From the NCBI GenBank assembly GCA_963743525.1, contig CAVUQH010000003.1:1184001-1248000 (forward strand): a stretch of 64,000 nucleotides of DNA, given 5' to 3'. The DNA is from an uncultured delta proteobacterium. Lineage in GTDB: Bacteria > Myxococcota_A > Polyangia > Haliangiales > Haliangiaceae. This document shows, piece after piece, positions 1 through 9,419 of the stretch; positions within the stretch are counted from its first letter, which is position 1; every line of letters starts with the position of its first letter. Made by a program: the position numbers and the translations under genes. The notes below the pieces were generated by a model. The model did no database searches, was not told where the DNA came from, and saw only the letters and a program-made list of their open reading frames with translations.

Positions 1-1097
1 GCGCAGGTAGGCCATCTCGGTGAGCGGCCGGCCGTCGGGTCCGGGCGGGCACGGGAACGGCGGCAGGTCGGGCGCCACCAGCGCAGGTCGAAGGCGCAGG
101 CCCGGCCCAGCTCGGCGGCCCGCTCGACCGCCCCCGGGTAGCGGGCGAAGCGGCGGGCCTGCTCGGCGCCCGAGCGCAGGTGGGCGGCGGCCGCCGGCGG
201 GCAGCCAGCCGTCGAGCTCGTCGAGGCTGCGCCGGGCCCGGACCGCGGCCAGGGCCGTGGCCAGCCGGCGCTCGGGCCGGGGTGGCGTAGTGGACGTTGT
301 TGGTGGCCACGCACCTCGACCCCGACCCGGACGGCGATGTCGGCCAGGGCGTCGTTGCGGGCCGAGTCGAGCGGGTCGCCGTGGTCCCACAGCTCGACCG
401 CGACGTTGCTCGGCGCCGAAGGCGTCGACCAGGCGGCGCAGCTCGCGCTCGGCCGCGGCCGGGCCCGCGCTCGACCAGCGCCGCGGGCACGGTGCCCTTG
501 CGGCACCCGGTGAGCACCACCCAGTGCCCCGCCGTGGGCGCCGCGCCCAGTCGACGCCGTCGTAGCACCGGGCTTCGCCCTTCTCCCCCGGCCATCTGCG
601 CCTGGTGATGACGTCGGCCAGGCGGGCGTAGCCGGCCGGGTCGCGGGCCAGCACCAGCAGGTGCGCGCCCTCGGGGTCGGGCGACGCCGTTCTGGGGCTC
701 GGTCAGCCCGAGCGACAGCTCGGCGCCGAACACGGTGGGCAGGCCCACCGCCCGGGCCGCCTCGGCGAAGCGCACCACGCCGTAGAAGCCGTCGTGGTCG
801 GTGAGGGCCAGGGCCTCGAGGCCCAGGCGGGCCGCCTCCTCGGCCAGCTCCTCGGGGTGGGAGGCGCCGTCGAGGAAGCTGAAGTTGGAGTGGCAGTGCA
901 GCTCGGCGTAGGGGACGTCGCCGGTCTGCCGCCGGAGCTCGGACGGGGGCCGGTAGGCCGGGCGGTGGTACGAGGTCGGGACGGTCGCCGCCGTCGGCCG
1001 GCTCGGGCGTGCTCCGTTGCCGCTCCCGATCATCGGGACGATCCGAGAGCGCCCGTTCCAGCTGGGTCCAGGTGACGTCCGGGTTGTTGAACCCCAC
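1..1097 (-). CDS. dnaE2: Error-prone DNA polymerase DnaE2 (ImuC), N-terminal PHP part; runs off the window start; frameshifted
   Basis: Manual minus-strand translation: GTG start MGFNNPDVTWTQLERALS, then YAELHCHSNFSFLDGASHPEELAEEAARLGLEALALTDHDGFYGVVRFAEAA; downstream of imuA'/imuB; SOS box upstream. Confidence 0.93.
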   Translation of the reverse strand, partial: MGFNNPDVTWTQLERALSDRPDDRERQRSTPEPADGGDRPDLVPPPGLPAPVRAPAADRRRPLRRAALPLQLQLPRRRLPPRGAGRGGGPPGPRGPGPHRPRRLLRRGALRRGGPGGGPAHRVRRRAVARADRAPERRRPTPRARTCWCWPATRPATPAWPTSSPGADGRGRRAKPGATTASTGRGAHGGALGGAHRVPQGHRARGAGRARARPRPSASCAAWSTPSAPSNVAVELWDHGDPLDSARNDALADIAVRVGVEVRGHQQRPLRHPGPSAGWPRPWPRSGPGAASTSSTAGCPPAAAAHLRSGAEQARRFARYPGAVERAAELGRACAFDLRWWRPTCRRSRARPDPTAGRSPRWPTC

Positions 1098-1113
1098 GCC
1101 GATCGACTGTATC

Positions 1114-1127
1114 CGAACATGTGTTCG
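1114..1127. promoter_or_regulatory. LexA (SOS) box upstream of dnaE2
   Basis: CGAAC-ATGT-GTTCG inside the inverted repeat ATCCGAAC-ATGT-GTTCGGAT (1111-1130), next to a minus-strand -10 TACAGT 8 nt before the GTG. Confidence 0.9.
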
Positions 1128-1142
1128 GATGGAACCCCGAGG

Positions 1143-2030
1143 CTAGGCGGTGACCCGTTCGGCGACCTCGGCAGCAACGGCGTCGGCGCCGTGCCCGGTC
1201 AGCAGGACGGTGTAGTGGTTCACCCCGGCGATTCGGGTGGTCGTCACTTCGAGATGGGCGGCGGCGAACGCCTCCAGCTGCTCGTCGGCGTACAGCGGCG
1301 GAGCGTCGTCGGCCAGCAACCCGTGCTCGGCGGCGAGGAAGGTGGTGGGGGTGTCGAGCGCGGCGATCGCCTGCTCGACATCGTCGTGGATCAGCTCGGA
1401 CTCGCCGTCGCGCAGGACGGCCTCCTCGTTGGCTCCCGGCCGCAGCTCGGGCTCCTCGCCGACGAGGTCCTCGTCGACGTAGGCCTCGATGATCGGGTTC
1501 CAGTGGTCGCACAGCGCCGGGTGGTTCCGCCACAGCTCCCGGTACGCCTCCCTCGTGGGGAAGGTCATGCGCAACCGCTCGAGCGCGGGACCGATCACCG
1601 CACCGACCAGCTCGACCGCCGGGAGCTCGCGCATTTCCACGGGCAGGTCGAGCGGCACGCCACCGTCGACGAGCACGAGCTCACGCACCCGGTCGGCGTG
1701 ACGGTCGGCGGCCACCACACCGACGAACCCACCCATCGAGTGCCCGAGCACGACCGCGTCATCGACCTCGGCGGTGTCGAGGACCCGGACGAGGTCGTCG
1801 GCGTGCTCGGCGATCGAGAACGGTCCTGTGATGTCGCGCGAGCCGCCGCGTCCGCGGAGATCGGGAGCCAGCACCCGGAGACCGGGGAGGCGCTCGGCCA
1901 GCGCCCGGAAGCTGCGGCCGTGCGCGGTGATGCCGTGGAGGGCGACGACCACCGGTGCGGTGGACGGACCCCAATCCCAGACCTGCAGCGACCCACCGGT
2001 GGTCTCCACGCTGAACGATCGATCGGCCAT
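1143..2030 (-). CDS. Alpha/beta fold hydrolase (lipase/esterase-like)
   Basis: Intact 295-aa ORF with HGITAH, PDLRGRGGS, GHSMG nucleophile elbow and C-terminal NHY. Confidence 0.9.
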   Translation of the reverse strand: MADRSFSVETTGGSLQVWDWGPSTAPVVVALHGITAHGRSFRALAERLPGLRVLAPDLRGRGGSRDITGPFSIAEHADDLVRVLDTAEVDDAVVLGHSMGGFVGVVAADRHADRVRELVLVDGGVPLDLPVEMRELPAVELVGAVIGPALERLRMTFPTREAYRELWRNHPALCDHWNPIIEAYVDEDLVGEEPELRPGANEEAVLRDGESELIHDDVEQAIAALDTPTTFLAAEHGLLADDAPPLYADEQLEAFAAAHLEVTTTRIAGVNHYTVLLTGHGADAVAAEVAERVTA

Positions 2031-2166
2031 CTCTCTCCACTCCCGATCCCGCCGGACACGTCACCCTGGCCTGCCCCGGAACCTGAGCGTAGGAGGAACG
2101 AGCCGACCATGCATCCGGCGTGAAGAATCCGCTCCTCTCGCCGGACGAATGCGGAGCATTCGTCAA

Positions 2167-2183
2167 CGAACCCGAAGGGTTCG
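2167..2183 (-). terminator. Hairpin immediately after the imuB stop (possible terminator)
   Basis: CGAACCC-GAA-GGGTTCG, 7-bp stem, no U-tract. Confidence 0.4.
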
Positions 2184-2184
2184 C

Positions 2185-3826
2185 CTAGTCGTAGGTCGCG
2201 GTGAGGGACCAGCGGCCACCCTCGAGCACCAGGAGGTGGGCGGTGCCGTCGTCGACCACCACCTGAAACCGGACCCGGCGGGAGTGGCGGTCGGGATCCC
2301 ACCACCGCTCGTCGACCGGCCAGGGCCCGGCCCAGGACGTGATGCGCCGGCGACCGCTCCCACCGCGGACCGAGGGGAAGCGCACCTCGGTGGGATCCGA
2401 GGTCAGCTGGCAGCGACCGTCGACCACGACGACCCGGCCCCGGGCGTCGACGACATCGACCCGGACGGGCACGTGGTGCAGTGACGCCGGCGACGGGTTG
2501 GGCAACCGTCCGGGCCACGGCGGCACCCCCGTTCCCGGTTCGCACGACCAGGACCGACCGGATCCGGTCGGTTCTGGTCGTGTGAAGCCATCGGTCGGTG
2601 GCGGCGGCCGGGACCAACCGGAGCTGCTCGGAGGGGTCGCGCCCGCCGGCGCACTCGGGCACCACCACCGCCTCGGTGCCGAGCAGGCCCTGCACCCGGG
2701 CGATGGCCCGCACGGCCCGGTCGCCGGCGCCGGTGTCGGCCCCCCAGAACCCGAGCTGGCGACCGGTGGCGGCCACGATCTCCTCGGGCTGCAGCCACAG
2801 CGACACGATGCCGGCGGTGGGGCGGCGGCGGACGTTGGCGTGGAGCCAGCCGTCGAGCTGCCAGCGGACCCGGTCGGCGATGGCGGCCGCGGTCAGCGCG
2901 CCGCCCGTCTCGGTGCTGGCGTGGCTCCACACCCGCTCGGAGCGCTCGCCGTGCTCGGTCTCGGCCCCGACCACGATGCGGGTGCACACCGAGCCCCGGG
3001 CCTCGAGCCGGCGGTGGAGCTCGTCGGCGAGGCCCCGGGCGACGAAGGCGGCCGGGGCCGACCTGCTCGGCCGGCGGGTCGAGCTCGGCCCGGACCTGCA
3101 GGTCGTCCGGCGGCGGCGGTGGTGGCCGGTGGCCGGGCATCGAGCCCCCGGGCCAGGCGGTGGGCCCCGAGACCGTCGGCGCCGAAGCGCCCGAGCACGT
3201 CGGCGGCGGGCAGCGCGGCGAAGTCGCCCAGCGTGCGCAGGCCGAGCCGGCCGAGGACGTCGACCAGCTCGGGGCGTTCGAGGGCGCGCAGCGGCAGCGG
3301 AGCCAGGTACCCGGGCGTTCGCCCCGGTGACACCACGTGGACCGCCGACCCCGCCGGCGGCCGGCCGGTGCGGGCGGCGTGGGCGGCGGCGAAGGGGCCG
3401 TCGGCCACGCCCACGGCCACGGCCACGCCCGGCGGCACGACTTCGGCGACCACGTCCACGGCCCGGTGCGCCAGGGCGGTGTCGCCGCCGAAGTAGCGGG
3501 ACGGGCCCCGGGTGGGGAAGGCGCAACGGCCCGGGCGGGTCACCTCGATGCGGGGGGTGAGGGCCTCGAGCGCCAGCACCACCGGCTCGAAGGCTCGGGC
3601 GTCGCGGTCGGGGTCGTGGGCGAGCACCTGCAACGACGGGCATCGGGCCTGGGCCTCGCGCCGGCGCTGGTGGCGGCGGACGTCGGCGGCCCGGGCCGCC
3701 GGCGTGCAGGCCACGACCCGGTTGGCCACGAACACCGCAGCCGGTTGGTCGAGCGGCGACGCCGGCGGCCACCAGCGGCCAATCGGGCACCCAGACCACC
3801 ATGGTGCGCACCGGCTCGTCGATCAT
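2185..3826 (-). CDS. imuB: ImuB, inactive Y-family polymerase-like protein (frameshifted)
   Basis: RTMVVWVPDWP, RRREAQARCP, DARAFEPV, GPSRYFGGD, LGLRTLGDFAAL, RVRWQLDGWL, PWPGRLP, WAGPWPVDERWWD, ATYD* across several frames. Confidence 0.9.
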
Positions 3827-3839
3827 CGGACGGCTCCGC

Positions 3840-4631
3840 TCACCCGGCGACCGGATGGTTCCGGCGCAGGGGCACGGGAGCGGGCAGGACCGGCTCGACC
3901 TCGCCGTCGGCGGACGGCAACCACAGCTGCGCCCGGCGCGGGCGCGCCGCCTGGCGCCGACCCCCGCCCTCGACGGTGACCCGCCGGGCCCGGAGGTACC
4001 CGTGCCCCTCCCCCAGGCCCTCCCACACGGCGTCGGTGACGTGCAGCTCGACCTCGGACCGTTCGGGCCAGGACCCGGCCGGCCGGGGCGCACCCGGCAC
4101 CCGGGGCGTCACCAGGACCAGCACCGCACCCCGCTCGCGGGTACGGGCCAGGAGCCGGCGGGCATCGGAGGGCCGGACCCGGCGATCGGTGTGGACCAGG
4201 ACGACCTCGAAGGCGTCGACCAGGGCGGCGACCACCGACGGCCAGGCATCGCCGTCGGCGTCGCGGGAAGCCTCATCGGGGGAACCCGAGTCGTGGGGAT
4301 CGGCGACCAGCACCAGCCGGTGGAGGGCCACGCCGAGCTCGGCCGCGGCCAGCAGACCGAGCGAGGGGAACCCCACGGCAGCCACCCACGCCCCGTCCTG
4401 GGAGGGACGGGCGGCGGTGGCCAACGCCAGCGAGGTCGCCGCCGGACCGTCGACCGCCAGCGTGGTCCCCCGCCGCAGACCGCCCGGGAGCAGCTCGTCG
4501 AGCGCGGGGAGCACCTCCAGGCGCTGCTCGCCGGCCAGGGTGGTGGGGCGCACCCGTTCGGAGAGACGACCCAGCGTCGAGCCGTCGTCGTGGCGCACCA
4601 ACGTGCGAGCGAGGTCCTCGGCCCGACCCAT
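3840..4631 (-). CDS. imuA: ImuA'-like RecA-fold protein
   Basis: LPALDELLPGGLRRGTTLAV, WVAAVGFPSLGLLAAAELGVALHRL, RRLLARTRERGAVL, WEGLGEGHGYLRARR; directly upstream of imuB. Confidence 0.88.
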   Translation of the reverse strand: MGRAEDLARTLVRHDDGSTLGRLSERVRPTTLAGEQRLEVLPALDELLPGGLRRGTTLAVDGPAATSLALATAARPSQDGAWVAAVGFPSLGLLAAAELGVALHRLVLVADPHDSGSPDEASRDADGDAWPSVVAALVDAFEVVLVHTDRRVRPSDARRLLARTRERGAVLVLVTPRVPGAPRPAGSWPERSEVELHVTDAVWEGLGEGHGYLRARRVTVEGGGRRQAARPRRAQLWLPSADGEVEPVLPAPVPLRRNHPVAG

Positions 4632-4637
4632 GACGCC

Positions 4638-4667
4638 AGTATCGAACACCTGTTCGACCGGCGTCAA
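4638..4667 (-). promoter_or_regulatory. imuA' promoter with LexA box in the spacer
   Basis: Minus strand TTGACG-N18-GATACT, 6 nt before ATG; perfect TCGAAC-ACCT-GTTCGA at 4642-4657. Confidence 0.88.
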
Positions 4668-4691
4668 CCAGGCGACCGGCGTCAACCGGGC
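4656..4691. repeat. Tandem 18-bp direct repeat overlapping the imuA' -35 element
   Basis: GACCGGCGTCAACCAGGC followed by GACCGGCGTCAACCGGGC (1 mismatch). Confidence 0.8.
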
Positions 4692-4698
4692 AGAACGA

Positions 4699-5532
4699 CT
4701 ACACGAGCTCGTCGAGCAACTCGACCACGGCACGGGCGTCGGGCGCCCAGTGGTCGGCACCGAGGGCGCGGGCGGCGTCGGCATCGGCAACGGCCGCCCC
4801 GCCGACGAACACGGGGGCCACCCCGACGGCCTGCACCGCCTGCACCGCCGCCCGAGCGCCGTCGAGGTTGTCGGCGACGGTGAGGCTGATGCCCACGGCC
4901 ACGAGACGACCCGTCTCACGAACGGCGTGGGCGAAGGAGGCAGCCGGCACGTCGGCGCCCAGGTCGTGCACCTCGAAGCCGGCCAGGCGCACCACCTCGG
5001 CCACCAGCCGGACGGGCAGTGAGTGCTGCTCACCGGGAGCGGCACCGATCACGACGGCGCCCCGGCTCACGCCCCGACGAGCGAAGCGGGCGGCGAGCAC
5101 CGCCAGCACCTGCGACATGATCACCGCCGCACGGTGCTCGACGCTGACATCGACCCGCCCCTCGGCCCAGCCCTCACCGACGGCGGACATGGCCGGCCCC
5201 ACCACGTCGACGTACACGTCGACCGGTTCGGCGCCCGCGGCGAGCGCACCCTCCAGCACCCCGAGCGCACCCGCACGGTCGCCGGCCAACAGCCGTCGCT
5301 CGAGACGACGCGACCAGTCGGCCTGACGCCGGGGAACCGGATCACCTGCGCCGCCCGAGATGCGCTCGCGCTCGGCGCGAAACGCCTCGAGGTCCTCACC
5401 ACGAACGACCCACGACCGCCCCTCGCGATGAGCGGGGAGCAGACCGAGCCGCACGTAGCGGTAGGCGGTCATGTAGTGGACGTCGAGCGCGTCGGCAGCC
5501 TCCTGGAGCGTGTACGACTCGCCGTCGGTCAT
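4699..5532 (-). CDS. Excisionase/MerR-like HTH plus cobalamin-binding domain regulator (CarH-like)
   Basis: N-terminal YTLQEAADALDVHYMTAYRYVRLGLLPA; W-x9-EH (WAEGRVDVSVEH); GEQH B12 ligand motif; DLGADVP and VFVGG. Confidence 0.85.
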   Translation of the reverse strand: MTDGESYTLQEAADALDVHYMTAYRYVRLGLLPAHREGRSWVVRGEDLEAFRAERERISGGAGDPVPRRQADWSRRLERRLLAGDRAGALGVLEGALAAGAEPVDVYVDVVGPAMSAVGEGWAEGRVDVSVEHRAAVIMSQVLAVLAARFARRGVSRGAVVIGAAPGEQHSLPVRLVAEVVRLAGFEVHDLGADVPAASFAHAVRETGRLVAVGISLTVADNLDGARAAVQAVQAVGVAPVFVGGAAVADADAARALGADHWAPDARAVVELLDELV

Positions 5533-5548
5533 CCCCCCGACTTTAGCG

Positions 5549-5854
5549 CTAAGCCTCGGCGAGTGGTTCGTCCGGATAGAAGCGGAACAGGTTCTCGATG
5601 ACCTCGGTCAGACCCTCGCCGGTGGAGCCACCCGACAGCCGCACCGTGATCACCGAGGAGTTCACGTGCACGGACTCGACCCCGCCGTGCTGGAGCAGGA
5701 GGCGGGCCAGCCGATCGACCGGGCGATCACGCACGATGTCGTCGAGTGACGAGTACCGCTCGTGGCCCATGCCGGTGAGGCTGCGGTTGATCTCGAAGCG
5801 CACCACGTCGGGTTTCGACGAGTGCTTCTCCACGACGGTCACGCTCTGTCCCAT
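5549..5854 (-). CDS. Small hypothetical protein, possibly Nfu/NifU N-terminal scaffold-like
   Basis: MGQSVTVVEKHSSKPDVVRFEINRSLTGMGHERY...GGVESVHVNSSVITV; coding-like codon bias. Confidence 0.65.
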   Translation of the reverse strand: MGQSVTVVEKHSSKPDVVRFEINRSLTGMGHERYSSLDDIVRDRPVDRLARLLLQHGGVESVHVNSSVITVRLSGGSTGEGLTEVIENLFRFYPDEPLAEA

Positions 5855-5911
5855 GCGAGGCGGCATCGTATCCCCCACCCCACGCGGGCACGAAGCTGCG
5901 ATGATCTGGTC

Positions 5912-7127
5912 ATGGCGACCGAGACCATCGAAGTCCACGGCCACATCGTCGACTCGCTCATCCTCGCCAAGATCCTCGACACCATCGTCGACGCCGGCGC
6001 CGACTACGAACTGCTCGACGTCCAGATCGGCAAGACCAACCGGGACACCTCCCGCGTCCGCATCGCCGTCACCGCCGACGACGCCCACCTGCTCGAGGCC
6101 CTGCTCGACGACCTGCGGGTGCACGGCGCCAACCGGATCGTCCACCGCGAGGCCCAGCTCGAGCCGGCCGAGACCGACGGCGTCCTGCCCGCCGGGTTCT
6201 ACTCGACCACCAACCTGGACACCGACGTCCTCGTGGGCGGCACGTGGAAACAGGTCGAGAACCCCGAGATGGACTGCGGGCTCGTGGTCCTCCCCGACGG
6301 GCGGGTGCGCAGCATCCCGATGCACCGCGTCCGAGCCGGCGACCGCATCGTGGTGGGGCACGACGGCGTGCGCGTCCACGCGCCCGACCGTCTCGAGATG
6401 CCGGGCGGCTTCGAGTTCATGGGCGTCGGAGGTCTCCTCGGAGAAGCCCAAGGCCCTGCTGATCCGCCAGGTCGCCGAGCGCATCCGTGCCGCCCGCGAC
6501 GACGGCGGCAAGGTGCTGCTGGTGGCGGGCCCCGCCGTCATCCACACCGGCGCCGGGCCCGACATCGCCGCGCTGGTCGAGGCCGGCTGGATCCACTGCC
6601 TGTTCACCGGCAACGGCTTCGCCACCCACGATCTCGAGTCCAACGTCCTCGGCACGTCGCTGGGGATCGGGGTCGCCGACGGCGTGCCGGTCGAGGGCGG
6701 CCACGCCAACCACGTCCGGGTCATCAACGAGATCCGCCGGCACGGCTCGATCGCCGCCGCGGTCGACGCCGGCTTCGTCGACGGCGGCGTCATGCACGCC
6801 TGCGTCCGGGCCGGCGTGCCGTTCGTGCTCGCCGGCTCGGTCCGCGACGACGGGCCGCTGCCCGACACCATCACCGACGTCGCCGCCGCCGCCGACGCCA
6901 TGCGCGCCCAGGTCCCCGGCATCCGCGTGGCGCTCATGCTGGCCACCACGCTGCACGCCATCGCCACCGGCAACATCCTGCCCGCGTCGGTCGAGACGTT
7001 CTGCGTCGACATCAACCAGGCGGTGGTCACCAAGCTGGCCGACCGCGGGTCGCACCAGGCCGTCGGCATCGTCACCGACATCGGCGTCTTCGTCCGCCAA
7101 CTCACCGACCTGTTGCTCGACCGGTGA
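5912..7127 (+). CDS. TIGR00300 family protein (LOR/SDH conserved region; AgrE C-terminal-type ornithine cyclodeaminase); one frameshift near 6425
   Basis: GHIVDSL, FYSTTN, EMDC, FEFM/SEVSSEKPK, GPAVIHTG, GNGFATHDLE, GSVRDDGPLPD, CVDIN..VVTKLADRGS. Confidence 0.9.
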
Positions 7128-7137
7128 GCGCCCGGCG

Positions 7138-7975
7138 ATGACCGCCCTGCCGTGGGGCCGGCGCTACCTGCTGTGCCCACCCCGTCACTTCGGCGTGCTC
7201 TACGAGATCAACCCCTGGATGCAGCACGGCGTGGTCGTCGACGACGGACGTCGCCGTCGGCCAGTGGCAGGCACTGCGCGGCACGCTGGTCGAGGCCGGC
7301 GCCGAGGTCGACACCATCGACCAGCCCGAGGGCGTGCCCGACCTGGTCTTCACCGCCAACGCCGGTCTGGTCGACGCCCGCCGGCGGCGCTTCGTGCCCT
7401 CGCACTTCCGCCACCCCGAGCGGCAGCCCGAGACCGAGGTGTTCGCCGACTGGTTCGCGGAGCGCGGGTGGGACGTCGACCGGCTGCCCGACGACGTCGA
7501 CCACGAGGGCGCCGGCGACGCCCTGCCGTTCGGCGACGTGCTGGTCTCCGGCTACCGGCCCCGGTCCGACGCTGGCGGCGGCGGCCGAGCTGAGCGAGAC
7601 TCTTCGGCGTGCCCGGTGCGCGTCCTCGAACTGGTCGACGAGCGGCTGTACCACCTCGACCTGACGTTCTGCCCCCTCGACGACCGCCGGGCGATGTGCG
7701 CGCCGCTCGGATGGGACCGCTACGGCCGCCGGGTGGTGGAGTCACTGGTCCCCGAGCCGCTGTGGCTCGAGGACGACGAAGCGCTCGCCTTCTGCGCCAA
7801 CTCGGTGGTGGTCGGCGACGTCGTGGTGATGCCCCACTGCCCACCACGGGTCGGCCGGCAGCTGGAGGCCTGGGGGTTCTCGGTGGTGGTGTGTCCGGTC
7901 GACGAGTTCCTGAAGGCGGGCGGCGGCGTCCGCTGCCTCACACTGGCGCTCGACGTGACCCTGGGTCGGGGCTGA
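7138..7975 (+). CDS. Amidinotransferase-superfamily (arginine dihydrolase/DDAH-like) protein, frameshifted
   Basis: YEINPWM, PDLVFTANAG, EGAGD, YHLDLTFCPL, EFLKAGGGVRCLTL. Confidence 0.9.
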
Positions 7976-8378
7976 TCGCCGCATTCACCGGGCGGGGCGT
8001 GCCGTGCGCCGTCCGATCGGCCCAGACCGCCAGGCTGATGGACACGATCGCCAGCACCGTGTGCACAGCCACGAAGGCGGCCTCGTGCCCGTTGCTGGCG
8101 ATCTGCACCGAGCGCACCACCCAGACGCCGGTGGTCCACACGGCGAAGGCCCGCACCAGGGACGGGGCCCACCGTGGCGCCGGCCGCCGCCGGGCACGGG
8201 CCCACAGCACCAGGGCGGCCACGGCGAACACGGTGAACGACAGCGCCAGCGCGGTGCGCCAGACCTGCCCGCCGGTGGTCAGTGAGTCGTCGGTCCAGAT
8301 GTTGCGGATGCGGGTGGTCCACACCAGGACCGTCCACGCGGACAGCACGGCGGCGGGTCGGAGCCGACTCGAGGTCAT
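7938..8378 (-). CDS. Hypothetical membrane protein (about 4 TM helices)
   Basis: WTVLVWTTRIRNIW...HEAAFVAVHTVLAIVS hydrophobic segments. Confidence 0.7.
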   Translation of the reverse strand: MTSSRLRPAAVLSAWTVLVWTTRIRNIWTDDSLTTGGQVWRTALALSFTVFAVAALVLWARARRRPAPRWAPSLVRAFAVWTTGVWVVRSVQIASNGHEAAFVAVHTVLAIVSISLAVWADRTAHGTPRPVNAAISPDPGSRRAPV

Positions 8379-8434
8379 GCCCCGCGACGGTACCGGTGGC
8401 GGCAGTGCCGATCCCATCGGCCAGACTGGCCGCC

Positions 8435-8815
8435 ATGGGAGCAGTGGCCGTGAGCCAGGGGCGCGGACGCCGGGTGGTCGTCGTCGACAACGACCCCGAG
8501 GCACTCGACCTGGCCTGCACCGATCTCCGTCTCGAAGGTCACGACGTGGTCGGCTCCGGGCTCGACGGCACCACGGCGCTGCGCCTGGTCGACGAGCTCG
8601 ACCCCGACGTGTTGGTGGTCGACCACCGGATGCCCCCGGGCCCGTTCGGCCTCGAGGTCGCCCGCCAGGTCACCAGAACGCATCCCCAGGTGCGGGTGAT
8701 CGTCTACAGCAACTACCAGGACGCCGAGCTGGTCCTCGCCACCCGCGCCACCGGGGCGGTCTTCCTCCCCAAGGGCAACCTGCGGCGCCTGCGCCGGGCG
8801 GTCTCGGAGGCGTGA
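8435..8815 (+). CDS. Single-domain response regulator (receiver only)
   Basis: VVVVDNDP, PDVLVVDHRMP, VIVYSNY, FLPKG. Confidence 0.85.
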   Translation: MGAVAVSQGRGRRVVVVDNDPEALDLACTDLRLEGHDVVGSGLDGTTALRLVDELDPDVLVVDHRMPPGPFGLEVARQVTRTHPQVRVIVYSNYQDAELVLATRATGAVFLPKGNLRRLRRAVSEA

Positions 8816-8844
8816 CGATCTGACGGCCCGCTCGGGCCGGCGAC

Positions 8845-9198
8845 TCAGACGACCTCGGACAGGGTCGCCGTCAGCTCGAAGACCTTGTCCTTGGACAGGC
8901 AGCGCTTGACGCCGATCTGCTCGGCCTCGCTGCGAGCGTGGTCGTCGAGGAAGGCCGAGAACAAGATGATGGGCGTGTCCGGGTGGGCACGGAGGATGCG
9001 GTCGGCGACCTCGAGCCCGTTGAGGTCGGGCATGCGGTAGTCGAGGACGATGGCATCGGGGCCGAGCTCGTCGAAGAGGGTCAGCGCCTCTTCGCCGCCG
9101 GCGGCCTCACCGACGACGGTGAACCGGGGCTCGGCCTGGAGGACGCCGCGAACCAGCAGCCTCAGGTCGGCCTCGTCATCCACCACCAGCACTCGCAC
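8845..9198 (-). CDS. Single-domain response regulator (receiver only)
   Basis: VLVVDDEADLR, PDAIVLDYRMPDLNGLE, IILFSAF, LSK. Confidence 0.88.
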   Translation of the reverse strand: MRVLVVDDEADLRLLVRGVLQAEPRFTVVGEAAGGEEALTLFDELGPDAIVLDYRMPDLNGLEVADRILRAHPDTPIILFSAFLDDHARSEAEQIGVKRCLSKDKVFELTATLSEVV

Positions 9199-9308
9199 GT
9201 CTTGGCGCTCCAACGTTCCTCGCGTCCTCGTCGGTCGACACATCCGGACCCGACACCCAGCCGGCACGTCGCCGACAGCGGACATTCCTACCACCAAGTG
9301 CACGAACA

Positions 9309-9350
9309 CTGACACATCTGTCAGCAAACGGTGCTCGCCAGATCGAGCAC
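9309..9350. promoter_or_regulatory. Two inverted repeats in the divergent promoter region
   Basis: CTGACA-CATC-TGTCAG (9309-9324) and GTGCTCG-CCAGAT-CGAGCAC (9331-9350). Confidence 0.4.
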
Positions 9351-9419
9351 GACACCGCATCATCCCCGTGGATCGGGCAGCATGGTCGGTGGTCCCCACC
9401 CGGGATCGACGAGGGAGGA

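Noticed and set aside
2167..2183. CGAAC...GTTCG as a third LexA box
   Set aside because: Spacer is 7 nt rather than 4; fits a hairpin after the imuB stop better
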